DNA of 64,000 bases from Heptranchias perlo (GCF_035084215.1 NC_090343.1:15314001-15378000); one strand, 5' to 3'. Shown: positions 24,288 to 36,001, counted from the stretch's first letter. Notes: generated from the letters alone by a model not told the origin. Program-made: numbers and translations.

Positions 24288-26165
24288 TATTGTAACAATG
24301 TGTGATTAATATGGCACGTTCTAGTAGTGTTCATTTCCCTCCAAACGCTACAGTGCTTACACTTCCAGACTCTCCCTCCTGAATAATTCATCTATTGCTT
24401 CCTCATAGATACTATGTTGTTTCATGTCGTATGGTCCACCATCTGTTCCATATTCTACCCTCTTATTATGTTGTGGAGATGCCGGTGATGGACTGGGGTT
24501 GACAATTGTAAACAATTTTACAACACCAAGTTATAGTCCAACAAATTTATTTTAAATTCCACAAGCTTTCGGAGGCTTCCTCCTTCCTCAGGTGAACGGT
24601 GTGGAAATGAAACCCTCGAATCCTTCGCATTTGAAAATCACAGAACAATGCCCGGTGATTACTGCCCGTTGCCAAGGCAATCACAGTGAGCAGACAGAAA
24701 GGTGTCACCTAAAAGGCCACCGAATATACAAACCCCCCCAAAAAAAGAGAGAGAGAAGGAAGACAGTCAATGACCCGTTATATTAAAAACGGATAACATT
24801 TGTTCGCTGGTGGGGTTACGTGTAGTGTGACATGAACCCAAGATCCCGGTTGAGGCCGTCCTCATGGGTGCGGAACTTGGCTATCAATTTCTGCTCGACG
24901 ATTTTGCGTTGTCGTGTGTCTCGAAGGCCGCCTTGGAGGCGGCTTCGATTATGTAGTATTATGTAGTAGATTTGTCGTTCACATGAGAACAATGGGGATT
25001 GAAACAGTGATTTGGTGAATGGAAATTGCAATACAACTCCCTCTTTCCCATCCTGCCATATATATTTGCCTATCTGAGGTTTTCATTTCTACTATTACTT
25101 GCTACATATAAGTTTAATACCTACTATTTTTCCTTCATTCTTATATATCTCCTGTGCTGCAACTGTATTCATGGTTTTCCTTTGTGCTGTTCAAGCCATG
25201 CAATTTTCTCTGCACCTCTTGCTAGCTTCTCTGAGAGTGTACAGCTAATCAGTGACAAATACCCACGCTTGTTGCTTCCTTAGCATATGTGGGGATTGTC
25301 TTCCTTGCCAAAAATCATCCTATTATTGGTTCCATTGCAGTGATTACAAGTGGGGATTGAAACATTTTCTCAATTGTTGAGTCATTCTCCACAAAGATTA
25401 TGCACTCTAAGGCTGCATTAACAAACTTTTTGATATTTATACCAATGAAGTGCCACGTTAGCCGCCTGAGAAATGTTAACAAATTATTTTTATAGGTGTG
25501 TTGTTGGTTGCTATTTTTCATTACTACCAATTAAATCACATTCTCAAGAAGTGAATTATTCAAAATTGCCTGATCCCATGATTTCATTAGCAGATTGTAG
25601 ATTACCATTAAAATCATGCATTTTACCATTTTTTTTCAAAAAAGAGAGGAAACCACAGCTCATTGAAGCCTTTAGGATAAGTTATTGACTTTGATTCTAA
25701 ATTTTTAAAAAATAGTGAAACTTTATATCCCACTAGCATAAGAGTGGAGGATTGAGCAGCTAACTAGAAAAACAAGTCCAAATTCTAGTCTGTTAGTATG
25801 TGGGCATGAATAACTTAGAAAATGGATCAGTATCCAGTTCTCTGATTAAATGCAGTATTCATTGCCTTCTTACATGTTTCTCGATAGCCAAAATTGTCGA
25901 AGATCAGCCATGATCTTTTAAATGGCGGAGCAGGCCAGAGTATGGCCTATCCTGCTCCTATTTCTTATATTCTTTTGTTCTGATATTAACGAGGACTATT
26001 TTGTTCTGTTTTCAGGTACTGGGGACATTGTTCTATTTCATAGCCTTATTGCTGTACAAGCCTCCAAATTCAGCACTGAATAGTTCAAACATGGACAATG
26101 GAGAGTCAGATCTACCAGAGAAGGACAATCCACAAAAGACAGCAAACATTGTAATTACTACATAA
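1029..26165 (+). CDS. SLCO4A1: Solute carrier organic anion transporter 4A1 (OATP4A1), 3' part of gene: nine coding exons, 5' exons lie outside the window
   Basis: Spliced exons 1029-1150, 6962-7073, 13711-13865, 16473-16668, 17441-17606, 19519-19691, 21106-21170, 22018-22166 and 26016-26165 join in frame with AG/GT sites. The peptide ([71 protein letters not shown]..) matches SLCO4A1 as I recall it. Confidence 0.95.
3610..4015 (+). mobile_element. LF-SINE-like SINE relic
   Basis: Ordered motifs recalled from the LF-SINE consensus: gttagctaatct...ctgggctagggagaggaaaa...gctggaagtgcttgtatgtg...ggtgaggacaggat...aacactcactatctagactca...aggtactggagg. Confidence 0.6.
5110..5232 (-). mobile_element. 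CR1/HER1-type LINE or HE1-SINE 3' tail fragment
   Basis: catagaatctacagcacagaaacaggcc is the reverse complement of the shark CR1/HE1 tail; the same sequence occurs at 36005. Confidence 0.6.
5855..5970. repeat. Inverted repeat (hairpin), probable MITE remnant
   Basis: Perfect 15-bp arms tttagcattggtgca (5890-5904) and tgcaccaatgctaaa (5914-5928); outer partial arms ccttgaca/tgtcaagg. Confidence 0.7.
6150..6435 (+). other. GC-rich, highly self-complementary insertion with two tandem structural modules (unidentified)
   Basis: Repeated core ctggatgYcaRcccagtattcagagRcc at 6253-6280 and 6352-6379. Each is closed by its own complementary 5' arm (ggcctc 6168-6173; ggtctc 6292-6297). A 7-bp direct repeat ccataac flanks it (6133-6139, 6429-6435). 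Confidence 0.55.
6962..7073 (+). CDS. SLCO4A1: SLCO4A1 coding exon (112 nt)
   Basis: actag|GG...CCGAG|gtaat; [38 protein letters not shown]. Confidence 0.93.
8870..9310 (-). mobile_element. L2-clade LINE 3' fragment
   Basis: Tail aacaacttgcattaatatagtgcctttaac...aggcgcttcacag; minus ORF ...[15 protein letters not shown] resembles the L2 ORF2 C-terminus. Confidence 0.8.
9885..10705 (-). mobile_element. L2-clade LINE, 3' part (interrupted; continues at ~13333-13480)
   Basis: Same 3' tail as at 8870; minus ORFs [20 protein letters not shown] and [12 protein letters not shown]. Confidence 0.85.
10706..11001 (+). mobile_element. CR1 LINE fragment, 5' half of a copy split by a Harbinger insertion
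   Basis: [19 protein letters not shown]...[33 protein letters not shown] is the CR1 ORF2 C-terminus. Confidence 0.9.
11510..11974 (+). pseudogene. Truncated Harbinger transposase N-terminus (HTH region, no DDE domain)
   Basis: [39 protein letters not shown]...[35 protein letters not shown]; homologous to the start of the 58652-59816 gene. Confidence 0.85.
12504..12749 (-). CDS. Harbinger Myb/SANT-like DNA-binding exon 1 (82 codons, open)
   Basis: [24 protein letters not shown]...[11 protein letters not shown]...[13 protein letters not shown], then donor gtgagt; TATA-like tatttaaa upstream. Confidence 0.75.
13013..13332 (+). mobile_element. CR1 LINE 3' end (continuation of 10706-11001)
   Basis: atttcctctggtgggggaatccagaacaagaggacata...ttcacacaaagggtagtggaa...gaatggcctactcctgttcct tail. 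Confidence 0.9.
13333..13480 (-). mobile_element. L2 LINE RT fragment (continuation of 9885-10705)
   Basis: Minus translation [27 protein letters not shown] is a degenerate YADD region that immediately precedes WMRHNxLQLN in L2 ORF2. Confidence 0.75.
13711..13865 (+). CDS. SLCO4A1: SLCO4A1 coding exon (155 nt)
   Basis: catag|G...TTTG|gtaag; [51 protein letters not shown]. Confidence 0.95.
14240..14620 (-). mobile_element. Degenerate LINE 3' fragment (same family as 19887 and 53537)
   Basis: ggtgatggtgggccttctccttgaactgctgcag...gggaattccaggatttt is the reverse complement of 19915-20005. Confidence 0.65.
15377..15392. repeat. (TG)n microsatellite
   Basis: tgtgtgtgtgtgtgtg. Confidence 0.8.
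16473..16668 (+). CDS. SLCO4A1: SLCO4A1 coding exon (196 nt)
   Basis: tccag|GC...GGCAG|gtatg; [65 protein letters not shown]. Confidence 0.95.
17441..17606 (+). CDS. SLCO4A1: SLCO4A1 coding exon (166 nt), Kazal-like extracellular domain
   Basis: cacag|T...AAG|gtaat; [36 protein letters not shown]. Confidence 0.95.
18083..18360 (+). mobile_element. CR1 LINE 3' end
   Basis: Homologous to 13040-13330 (aaaattagagctagg...ttcacacagagtagtggaaatc...ggcctactcctgttcctatg). Confidence 0.85.
18450..18757 (-). mobile_element. L2 LINE fragment
   Basis: [27 protein letters not shown]...[13 protein letters not shown]. Confidence 0.85.
19519..19691 (+). CDS. SLCO4A1: SLCO4A1 coding exon (173 nt)
   Basis: tccag|ATT...CTCAG|gtaag; [58 protein letters not shown]. 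Confidence 0.95.
19886..20083 (+). mobile_element. LINE (CR1-group) 3' end
   Basis: ttccttcatcgtcgctgggtcaaaatcctggaactcccttcctaac...gcagcggttcaagaaggcggctcacca...ggcaataaatgccggcc; near-identical to 53537-53652. Confidence 0.75.
21106..21170 (+). CDS. SLCO4A1: SLCO4A1 coding exon (65 nt)
   Basis: attag|G...TTAG|gtaag; [21 protein letters not shown]. Confidence 0.95.
22018..22166 (+). CDS. SLCO4A1: SLCO4A1 coding exon (149 nt)
   Basis: aacag|GA...AAG|gtaat; [50 protein letters not shown]. Confidence 0.95.
22395..22990. mobile_element. Harbinger/Tourist-like MITE (596 bp)
   Basis: TIRs gacctagaaattggat / atccaatttctaggcc; 3-bp TSD AAT (22392-22394, 22991-22993); GC-rich interior with no ORF. 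Confidence 0.8.
23035..24050 (-). pseudogene. Ancient, highly decayed Harbinger transposase relic
   Basis: Minus-strand fragments in the correct order: VIAGINFL (~23725), GTI-x-GTHV (~23575), VPGS (~23360), HHAQ..EQ..I (~23190), APLQYTPAVV (~23105). Compare TALNFF, GVIGCTHI, FPGS and ALQYTP in the 58.7-59.8 kb gene. Confidence 0.5.
24254..24282. repeat. (TA)n microsatellite
   Basis: About 14 consecutive AT units. Confidence 0.95.
24470..24940 (-). mobile_element. Penelope-like retroelement, 5'-truncated 3' end
   Basis: Minus ORF end [40 protein letters not shown] (GIY-YIG C-terminal E...GLN motif), followed by a 3' UTR/pLTR shared with 49338-49465. Confidence 0.85.
24558..24596 (-). ncRNA. 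Minimal type I hammerhead ribozyme motif in the Penelope pLTR
   Basis: Minus: UUCAC CUGAGGA A GGAG gaagc CUCC GAAA GC UU GUGGA. This gives stem I, the CUGANGA core, stem II, GAAA, a palindromic AGCU stem III and a UH site. Confidence 0.75.
25898..25980 (+). mobile_element. CR1 3' tail fragment just upstream of the last exon acceptor
   Basis: gaagatcagccatgatc...aatggcggagcagg...tggcctatcctgctcctatttcttat. Confidence 0.7.
26016..26165 (+). CDS. SLCO4A1: SLCO4A1 terminal coding exon with stop
   Basis: ttcag|GTA...; [49 protein letters not shown]; TAA at 26163-26165. Confidence 0.92.
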   Translation, partial: VLGTLFYFIALLLYKPPNSALNSSNMDNGESDLPEKDNPQKTANIVITT

Positions 26166-29100
26166 TGATTAAATACCACTTAAACTACATCCCACATCCT
26201 TTATGAAAATTGCATGCTTGCCACTCATCGAAGTAGCCAGAATTTCAAAATAGTCTTAGGAATATCTCATTGACGTAATTTCCTTTGCAATCCGGCAAAG
26301 TTGGGACTTTTTGCAAGCCTGTTACATTACAGACTTGCAATGAAATAAACAAGTGTAAAAGATGTAAATATAAAATGAAGAATGCCTTCCGAGGGTGAAT
26401 AAAGTACGCAGTTCACCCACAAACCATTCTATTTACATACAAGAATTCTTCAACATAAGCATTAGCCATTGTAATGGAATGCCTTTAAGTTAGGCCTCAG
26501 AGAAAGTCCTAAGGAGATTGAAAATGGAGATGATTTTCCACATCTCCTCCAACCCATATAACTATGCTTAAGAATTTTGCTTTGTGAAATGTTCTAAACA
26601 GCAAACCTATACTAAGTCCTTTTTTAGGCAATTTCTCAATTATATGCTGAATTGTAAAGCACTGAGCTGCCATGACACATATGTAACATTTTTAATGATA
26701 GTTGATTTATCATCACTTTTACTTTACTGATAGGTGTCGTCGTTTTGGTATCTAGACTATTGAAGTCTAAGGATAAGATATCTTTTCCTTTTTTTTGAAT
26801 TCCTTTTAACTTAAGCCTTGTATCTTGCTCCGTTCTTAGTGTAACTCAACCAAGTGTCTGTCAGTAAGAATCTGCTAATTATTCCTAAAGCCTAGTACAG
26901 GACAGATGGACTCTTGCAGTTTTCCCTAGCAGTTTTTAAAATTTCTTTTGCACTATGATTGCAGAGGTATAAACGGAGAGGACATTCACTAAACCATGAA
27001 CTTGTAAAAGCTATGGCTGCCAAAAAAAAATCAGAAATCCTGCTTGGGTGGGTTACTTATTTATAGTAATTTGGCAGTTAATAGTGCTGCAGCCCACAAA
27101 GACTTACATTTTATATTTTTAAAAATCAATTCAAAATATTTGAAGGAAATTTTTAAAAATATATACGATTTCAGCAAAATGATGCTGGAATGAAGCCTGT
27201 GTAGTTTTATAAGGTGCAATACCTGTATGCCGTCACATTGAGTATTTGATGGCCTGTGTTGCTGAAGGTGGTAAGGGAGAGAGTGGAGGGAGTTGAAAGT
27301 AACAAATGTTATGCAGCATCCATATTAATAATTAAGAGAGTGGTATATTAGGTTAACAGCTGACAGAAATTTTGGCAGCATGAAAACCACCAGTTCCACA
27401 TGGATCTATATTTTTTGAAAACCTGCAGTTGCCCCCGGATGATGATGACTGTTTGCACTAGAAACTACAGAACTGGTATATATTATGGAAAAGAAAGTTG
27501 TCTGTGTTTGAAAGTACAGTGGGGAATTCAATGTGTTGTGCACTATTTAATGTTACTTACCTTTTTAAAAAAAAAAGACATAGCAAATACATGACATTTT
27601 CGTAATATTGCCCTTGAAATGACTGAGATACCAGCAAACAAAAAAATTTGTCAAATTTTTCAAACTATTTTAGTGCAGACGCTTTTCTATTTGAAATAAA
27701 TGGGATAATACCTCTGCTAAAATAACAGACTGCAAAGTTAGTGTTTGCACAGATGTATCTCATGGCATAACTTCAAGTTTATTGCACTTATAAATAGGAA
27801 TTCAAGTATTGGTTCATTAATCCTCAAGGTGTAATTTAACACTTAATCAAATTGTTCTGTAACTATGACCAAAGGCACCTAATTTTAGTAAATGTTTTGT
27901 GTATTTCAGAATAAATAAGCTTTGTGATTGATGCAGTTCATATTTAATTTTTGGAAAGTTTTTCATTTAAAAGGCACAGTTATATCAGTGTAGTGAATGA
28001 AGTTTGTGAAATTTTATCATTCAACAATTAGTATTGATAGCAGTTTTAATGTCATGTTAGTTCAATATTCTATATGTGATTGAATTTTCAAAACAAAATC
28101 TGAATTGAGATCAATAGGCTGTTCCGCTTCTTTGAATTATTGTAGATTCCACGATATGGTTAAATCCTCTTGGTTCATGCTAGTGTAATTATCTTGAAGT
28201 TGATTGTGTAAACCATTCAGCTACTTATATTTAATAGATCTTATTCAAGGTCATAAGCAAACTTTCCTGTGACCATCTTCAGTTTTTTTTTCTCCTGATA
28301 TTTACATATTTCACTATGTACAGCTCCCATTTTCATCTGACAACCTAGGACTGCAGTTCTCGTGATCTGCTTTTGGTCTGTGGGCCCACTGTTCCTTTAT
28401 TGAACCTGTAGCATCAGGTGTGTTTCAATTCTTGATTTTACAAAATCTGTATTTAGTGCAGGGAAGGACTTTTCAATTAATGTCTCCTTGAGTGCCTTTA
28501 AGACTTTAGGGGCTCCTTCAATGGCAGCAGTCTGGTCAAAAGAAGATGCAGCCTTCCAGTGTCATGGCCTCCCAGGATGAGTACTGGTGCCAAATTGAAC
28601 CAGTCCAGCCATGGATAAATTGGCCTATTATAGGATCAGGTGATCAGATTTGCAATCCACTGGCAGGCACCTTTTACACAGTGGAGCTAGTTGCACTGAT
28701 ATACAAATTGTTATGCCAATATTTCTATACAGGATCCTAGAGCAGAGGTAAATAGTTATTCCACTACATCAGTAAAACAATTTTTGTATAAATGGGAGCT
28801 TTACGGTATTTATTTTGCAGCAACACAAAAGTGACAGTATAATTCCAGAGTCAGCTCCTCATTGTCTGACTCTATAGAAAAGCAACCCACCATCCACTGG
28901 GGTGACCATCGCTCAACACTTGAATTTGACAACTATAGCCTATCCTCTTAATTCAAAATTGTTTGTCAAGTTATCGGATAATTCAAATGTTTCAGTAAAT
29001 TCCCACTGCTTAATTCTGATTATTGAATAATTCAAAAGTAACTTTAAATTGTCAGTCGTAGATTCCGCAGTGTAGTGTCAAACGGAGTTTAAAAATGCTC

Positions 29101-32100
29101 AGGGGTCCTGGACCTCTTAGGCATTTTATAAACTGCAGCAGAACACCTTGAAATGTTTCAAAAAAGCATGGGCTCCTGAACACACAAGCAAAACATTTAA
29201 AATTTCACAGCTGGGAATTCACATACATGCAGAGAGCTCTTCTGGTTGCTAAAGTCTGATTCACAGCCAGTCAGAGTAAAGTGGCTGGATAACAGAATAA
29301 AGGACTGCCGGCTACAAATTGAATCAGTAACTACTGATCTGAGATTGAACTAATAAACACCGGTTTAATGTCATTTCCTATTTCTATTCAACTTGCAGTT
29401 AATCTCCTAACAAATGTGTGATAGAAAAGCACAAAATTATATTAAAGCCTTTAGTGAGTTATTTTTTTTAATATTCTGGAAACCAATTACCATCTAAAGG
29501 GGATTTGGCCATATTTTATTTTTTTGAAGGATGAACATGACTAGTACAGTATCAATATAAGCTGCCATCCTTTTGATCTGTTAAACTTATTTGCAGAACT
29601 CAAAACATAAGCCTAGAAATCATTTTTGTCAACAGTAGCAGTTGAATGTTTTAACATATTTGTATGATATCCTTAACCACAATTATAAACACAGACATTA
29701 ATCTGATCACATTTAATGGGTTAATTTCTCTGCTAATATGAACAGTGATTTTATTGGATATAATTACAAAAAATAAGAACTTCATGGAGTGTATTAAAGT
29801 ATCCATTATGACTAATTCCAAATTTTCCAACTGGGGCTTTTATTTTCACTCCAGGTGTATTTATTTTTATTTATGCAGTCAGAAAAATGCACTAATGTGA
29901 TGCAGAGTTTTTTGTGTGCAATAAAATAAGTATCACTTTGCAAGAAAAGCACCAGTCTTAGTATAGGGTGCTCACATCGATTTGACCAGTGTTCAGAACA
30001 ATGTTGAAAAATGAATTTACTTTATTCCACTGACTGGAGTATGACTTATAACACCATTAAGATTTGCCTCATTACTATTCATTTACAAGTATGGCTAAAT
30101 TTAATGAGATCCGCCTCACCACTAAATACTCCACTAACAAATATGAGCTTTAAAAAGAATATGGGTAGCAATTAGATGGCACCCAAGACTGAGCACAATT
30201 CTAGCGGTGAGCAGTGATGGCTTGCCATAAAGAAGAGGCCCAAGGTCCATCCTAAATTGGCACTTGCGCTACATCATCATAATTCTGGCGAGCTGTTGGC
30301 CCATATTGGGTGCCCCGCGCTGCTCGCCAGTCAGGGCCTATCCAATTTCATCCGCGCTGAGGCCCACATGCAAGTCCAGGAGGGAGGCGATCGGGAGGGG
30401 GCAAATGCCAGTGGCCCGCTGCTGTTTTGCAGAGCCAGGAGGAGCACTCCTGCTCCTTCTGACTCCACAATAAAACTACATTTCTCAAAGTTTTGGAGCC
30501 TTTTTTTGAGTAGCCTCCAGTGGTCTCTTTAAGAACTGCTGGTTAGGCCACTCGGGACCCAGAAATACTAGTTGGATTTAGTCTACCTGAATTTAGGAAT
30601 CTGGGGCGTAAATGGGCATAGAAGCTTTATTTTAATATTGAAATGAGGCCTGCGCTTATTTCAGGTGGCTGCCAGGGCCGCCTAAAAACAGGTCCTGACC
30701 AATTTGGCAGTGGTCTGCATGCTCCTGCAGATCAGTGCACTTTGCTAAATTGATTATTGCTGTGTCCATCTTACAGGCGTAAAATGAGTGCAAAATGTTG
30801 AATTTATGCCCCATGGTCTAGTGGTGCTGGGTTTTAAAACTGCTGCAAAACATGGGAAATCTTGATGCTGTTGGAGCCATACAAAAAGTGTCAGTAGATT
30901 TTCAGCAACTGTGTACTGTTGTGGGTTATCTTGACCATGGTGTAAAATCTGAAATATCTTTGGTTAAATACAGTCATAAAATATAAAAAGTCACATACAA
31001 AATAGTGTATAAACATTGAAGGGTATAATGCAAAGCTCTTGCTGTATGTGCTATAGAAGTGATTGAGAAAGTGCAATGATTCCCTCAGAGAAATTAAAGG
31101 AGTAAATGTTTACCAATATAGATTCAAAACTGGAGTAGTATTTATTGGAACCTTGAGCTACATTTCCTACAGAAAGCACAACTTGTTTTATCCAACTTTA
31201 AGCAGGCTTTGACCAGTGCTTTATGACTGGTGAGCTATTGATGTATTTCTAACATCCGCAACTGAAGGCTATAGCCCACTGTTGTCAGTCAGCATGTAGC
31301 AATAAAAACTATTCATTTCTATGTGATGGCATTTCAGTCAGCCTTGTTTTACAATTGGACTCAAGGCTGTGACTTTCTTTATTGACTGTTCTCATCCGCG
31401 AGAGGAAATTGGACTAGTGGCATATAAACTAAACAATGTCATGTTGGATTAACTTTTTTGACCTTAGTTATAGTGATCACTATCACTTCTTTTAAACGTG
31501 ATCACTGAACTGGCTTGATGAGGAACTGCTGGCTGTAGCCAAAGCCTAGACTGATATAAAATAATCTATAATGTGCTATGTGGTAAAGTATTGTCCATTG
31601 AGCTATTTTGGTAACTTCATAAAACAATGCATCCTACTCCTTTGGCTATTGAATCATATATTGATGTTTGTATAGCCCTAAACTTTTGTAGTGCTACAGC
31701 TTTTTAAAAAAAAAATCATCATTTTATCATTTATATATTGCGGAACAGATTCTAAACAGAATGAAGACTTTTCCCAAAAACAAATATTAAATAGATGTTT
31801 TATAGGACATTTTTATAATTGTATTCATTTTTAAATATATATGGCAAAGATTAATAAGGCAAACTAAAATTTAATTTTATATTTACTGGAAGCATTTTCT
31901 GTTTCTTTGTACATTTTTGTAAAATAAAATGTACTTTTGATGGTTTGCTGTTTTTGTTAAAATATCCAAGACTTTGTTTCATGCTATGTATAGACTTGAA
32001 AAGGTTTGTGCAAAAAGGTGTTCGTATATAGAGAAATACATTTAGCTATTAAGAAAACCAGAATATTAATATAATTTTGCATCACTGCATATGTGTGGTG

Positions 32101-33860
32101 TATGACTATTTATTACATGGCATAAATTATATTCAAAATAAGTATCGCAGATGAAAAGTGTGTTGTCCTGCTGAATAATATTCATATTATTAGTGCAACC
32201 TATTGTAATTTACTGAACCATTAAACTGAGTTAACTGCTGTAAGTTATTTTGTTGAATTATATTGAAATATATTATCAATTAAAGCTAAATGATGATGGT
32301 AGGAGAATTATGGCCAGATATTTTTCTCTTTGCTTCTTGTGTCAGAAACTGAATACAGTTCACTATTATCAACTGCACCTTTTCAGTTGTATTTTCATCA
32401 TTTGAAGCGACTGTTTCATTGAGTGCGACCCTTAGCCGAAATGAGAATAGATGAGAAAAAAAAGAGTAAACTGTGTTACATGTGCGTTAAATTTATAGAT
32501 ATTTTTCATGAGTAAGTTACCTAGAAACGTATCGTTTTTTCTTAAATCATGAGGCTTGCTTCAGATGTCTGAAATGCAATTGGCAGTCCTGCATGCGGTC
32601 TAGAAACTGAGTAGACAACTAAAATGGTGAACATTTTATAAACCTTTCTTGATAATTTTCATGTAGGACCCTGTAAATATCTTGTAACTAATTCTTTCAC
32701 AGCTGTTAATAAGTCTATTATGCCTACTGTATATTCAGAGAATATTTAAAACTAGATTTTAGGATATAAAGTGAAGATATGAAAACAACAACTAACACTT
32801 ACATAGTGTCTTTAACATATAAAATGTCCGAAGCCACTACTACAGGAAAAAGTTCTTGGAGTAACTTCATAATCCTCGGTTATCATTTAAGAATAAGATT
32901 TAATAGTGAGACTTAGTTTAATCAAATTAAACAGGTGATCTGCATGCAGTTTCGAACACCATTGTTGGTCCAATGGACATGAATAAAAATTGACCATAGT
33001 GGTACTTGACTTTTCACCTTACCTATAGATAAAATCTAGATTAGTTAATAGCTTAATACATGCCAATACAATAAATGTTTAATAAATTAATTCTCTCTCT
33101 CTCTCTTTCTCTTCCTTTGCTGCCATGGATACAGTAGAAGCAAGCAGCTTTTAAATATGTTACTTTTCATATTCATGTCACGATAGTATAATGGATAAAC
33201 GACAATAAATTGCAATTGTGTATACAGTCCTGAGTTGCCATGTTAGTCCAAAATAAACCCAAGTGCCCCATACACACTGTTAATTCATTCTTGGTTATCC
33301 ATTATTGTCATGTTATAGCCAAGGTACTTGCAGCATAATTGCTGGCTTCACAGCGAGATGTGCAGGTAATGGTAATGAAGCTGTTTTTACATCACGGATG
33401 CAACAGCACAATTAATGCTTTGGAGCAAAATAAAAGGAACATTTGCACATTCTGATGTGTGAATGTCCAAGATAGGCTATCATTTTCAGAAATGTATTTT
33501 GTAAACATAGTACAGAGCCGTGTAAGTATTCTTCGTAGTGTTGCCAGTAAAGATTTGATAACACGTTGAGACAAAAGAATGTTGCCCATTTGCTGTGCAT
33601 TCAGATTCCATACTTACCTGTAGTAAAGTTTTTCTTTTTAAAATGATTTGATATATAATTGTGCTCTGTTACACAAATGAAATATGTTCTCGCCTAAAAC
33701 ATGAAAAGTGGGCATCCTGTGATTTTAGTGGAGGTGTTTAAAGTGGAATAGATAGATTTGCAAGTACCTTGTCAGTTGATGTAAAATAATGTTGAATTTT
33801 TCTGTACAAAGATGTTTAAATAAAAAAAACTTGTGTGTTTCGAATTCTATTGTGTGTGTA
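26166..33860 (+). other. Putative long 3' UTR of SLCO4A1 with several candidate poly(A) signals
   Basis: AT-rich and nearly repeat-free. AATAAA occurs at ~27910, ~29919, ~31301, ~31923 and ~33819, the last followed by a GT-rich tract (ttgtgtgttt...tgtgtgtgt). The true 3' end is not established. Confidence 0.45.
30243..30812. mobile_element. Degenerate GC-rich MITE-like element related to 22395-22990
   Basis: Shares gccagga..cactcctgctcc...ctccacaataaa with 22718-22750; ends in aatttatgcccc; TIR and TSD not clean. Confidence 0.45.
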
Positions 33861-34959
33861 ATTCAGTAGGTAGAGACATGCCACTGGAAATGATACACCT
33901 GTACTTATAATACTTTACTCATTTGTTCCACTCATATTAAGATGCTCTGCATTTTTGCCTTTTCCTTTCTTATGCTGTATATCTCGGCCAGAAAAATAGA
34001 ATGGAGATGAGTGGCACTGCAGATGTTTCAACAGCCCTGGGGATTATGTAATTGTATGGTTAGACTGATGGTTGACTTGCAGCTATCTTAAGACAGATGC
34101 AACCTGTTTGCTCAATTTGTATCATTTTGTTCTTTGCTCAGCTAGGTATGCTGGTTGGCATGCTAAAACACAAAAATCCAATTACAGTAATTCTGTGGGG
34201 ATGTTAGTTTTCAGAAATCTAGGGAATGGGTTTCCACTATTGTCACTCTTTAAAATCTCTCCTTCAAATATGGTGTTTCAAACTTGATAGTGGACAGCAC
34301 CAAATAAATATGAAAAATTTAAAAAATCATTGACGAGATCTGTTTGATATTTTGATTGCCTTGGGGTAGCAGCTTTTCCAACCCATTTTAAGTTTATTTT
34401 TTGTTTTCATTCTAGATTTAGCCAGATTGGTTCTTTGTTTTATGTTACATGATCATTACCTATAATTTTTTCATTGTGCCTCCTACACATTAATATTTTC
34501 ATCCTCCATTCAACTTTGGAAGCCATACACAATCTACTCAAAAGAGATTTTCATTGGAAAAGACAATTCTGGTGTCTCCACCACTCCGTCAGTCCGAAAT
34601 TGCCCCATCTGTCGATAAAGAAATTCGAAGGGATTTCCCTTGAGACCATACTATCAATTATAGCCAGGATATGGGGAGGCAGGCAATGGAAGGAGGAGAG
34701 GAGAAACATGTTAAAGAGGCAAATTATGTTCAAATGTTCACACTCATACAGAAGACGAGAGCACCTTTGCAGTGAATTACCAACCTGCAGCCTCTACTGG
34801 AATGGTACATGGCTCGGTATACATGAACTGTAGATGGGGAAGAGAAAAAAGCAAAACAAAATTGTGTGCTTCTCTATACAGAAAATTCATAAAGCTATTA
34901 TTGCCTTTTAACAATTTGGTATTTAATCCAAATCTAATGTTCCTCAATGAATGTGCTGC

Positions 34960-35240
34960 CTGGTACAGTACTGAGACCAGGAAAGCTTGATCACTGGTCT
35001 GAATCAGCTGATGTAACGGTGGGGACATTACTATTGACCTTGGCACCCAGGTGCTGAAGAGGGGAATAGTCAAGGAGGGTTCACACTCATGATTGTTATT
35101 CATTGACAACTGTTGAGAAGTGCACAAGATTTGGCTCTCCTGCAGTGCTCCCCATTGTAATCTGCTGACAGTCTAGACTCTTGCATGAAGATTGCCCATT
35201 TGGATGAGTTACTGGAGTAAGAGTTACCACCTTGAAAGGA
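34960..35240 (+). mobile_element. LF-SINE-like relic
   Basis: ctggtctgaatcagctgat...gtctagactc..catgaagattgcccatttggatgagttactggag resembles the LF-SINE head and tail and 3610-4015. Confidence 0.5.
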
Positions 35241-36001
35241 GGAAGAAAATTGTGGAGAAAAAAATTGCTATCTTAATTCCAGGAGTCCAATATCAAACCA
35301 AAAACAATGTTTCACAAATAAACAAAAAAAAACTTGGTCTATTTATATTCATTTTTAAAAGCCGGTGGTATGCTAACCAGCATACCCTAACTTTTAAAAT
35401 TCTGAGGTATTAAGATATTTGGAAAAATTTAAGCATATAGCTTCAGGTTCTCATTCACAAATCCAATTGAGTTGTATTGTAAACACTGAACAGTAATTTC
35501 ATTGACCAATTTCAACAGATTGTGCTAGCCACGTAGCAAAGGCTTACAACAAAGATAATCAGCAAGTAGTCGGCAGAGGTCTGCCATAATACCACCGCAG
35601 CCATGATGCACTGATTTTGCCTCCAATAATTTCACGTAGCCTTGAATGTGACTAGAACTGGATCTCTTGCTGTATGTGTGTCAAAAATATAGAGGGACAG
35701 ACCAGGAGGATTGATTTTTAGTACAAATCCAATGTGAAATTATATCATAATTGGAATAGATTGATCTACAATATAAAAATGTTTAGTACTATGAGCTCGA
35801 AATATAATCGGATAAACCAGTCTGTCTATTTTAGGTTAAGTAATTTGATAAATCATCTATTCAATTCACCATTGGGTATAGCACTAATCTCCATCTCTTG
35901 TACTCCTGTGATGGGGAATTAAATGGTACATGATTGAAGCTGGGGCCATTTGTCATTTGCTTAGTTCACTTAGACTCACCACCCCTTAGGAAACCTGAAC
36001 G

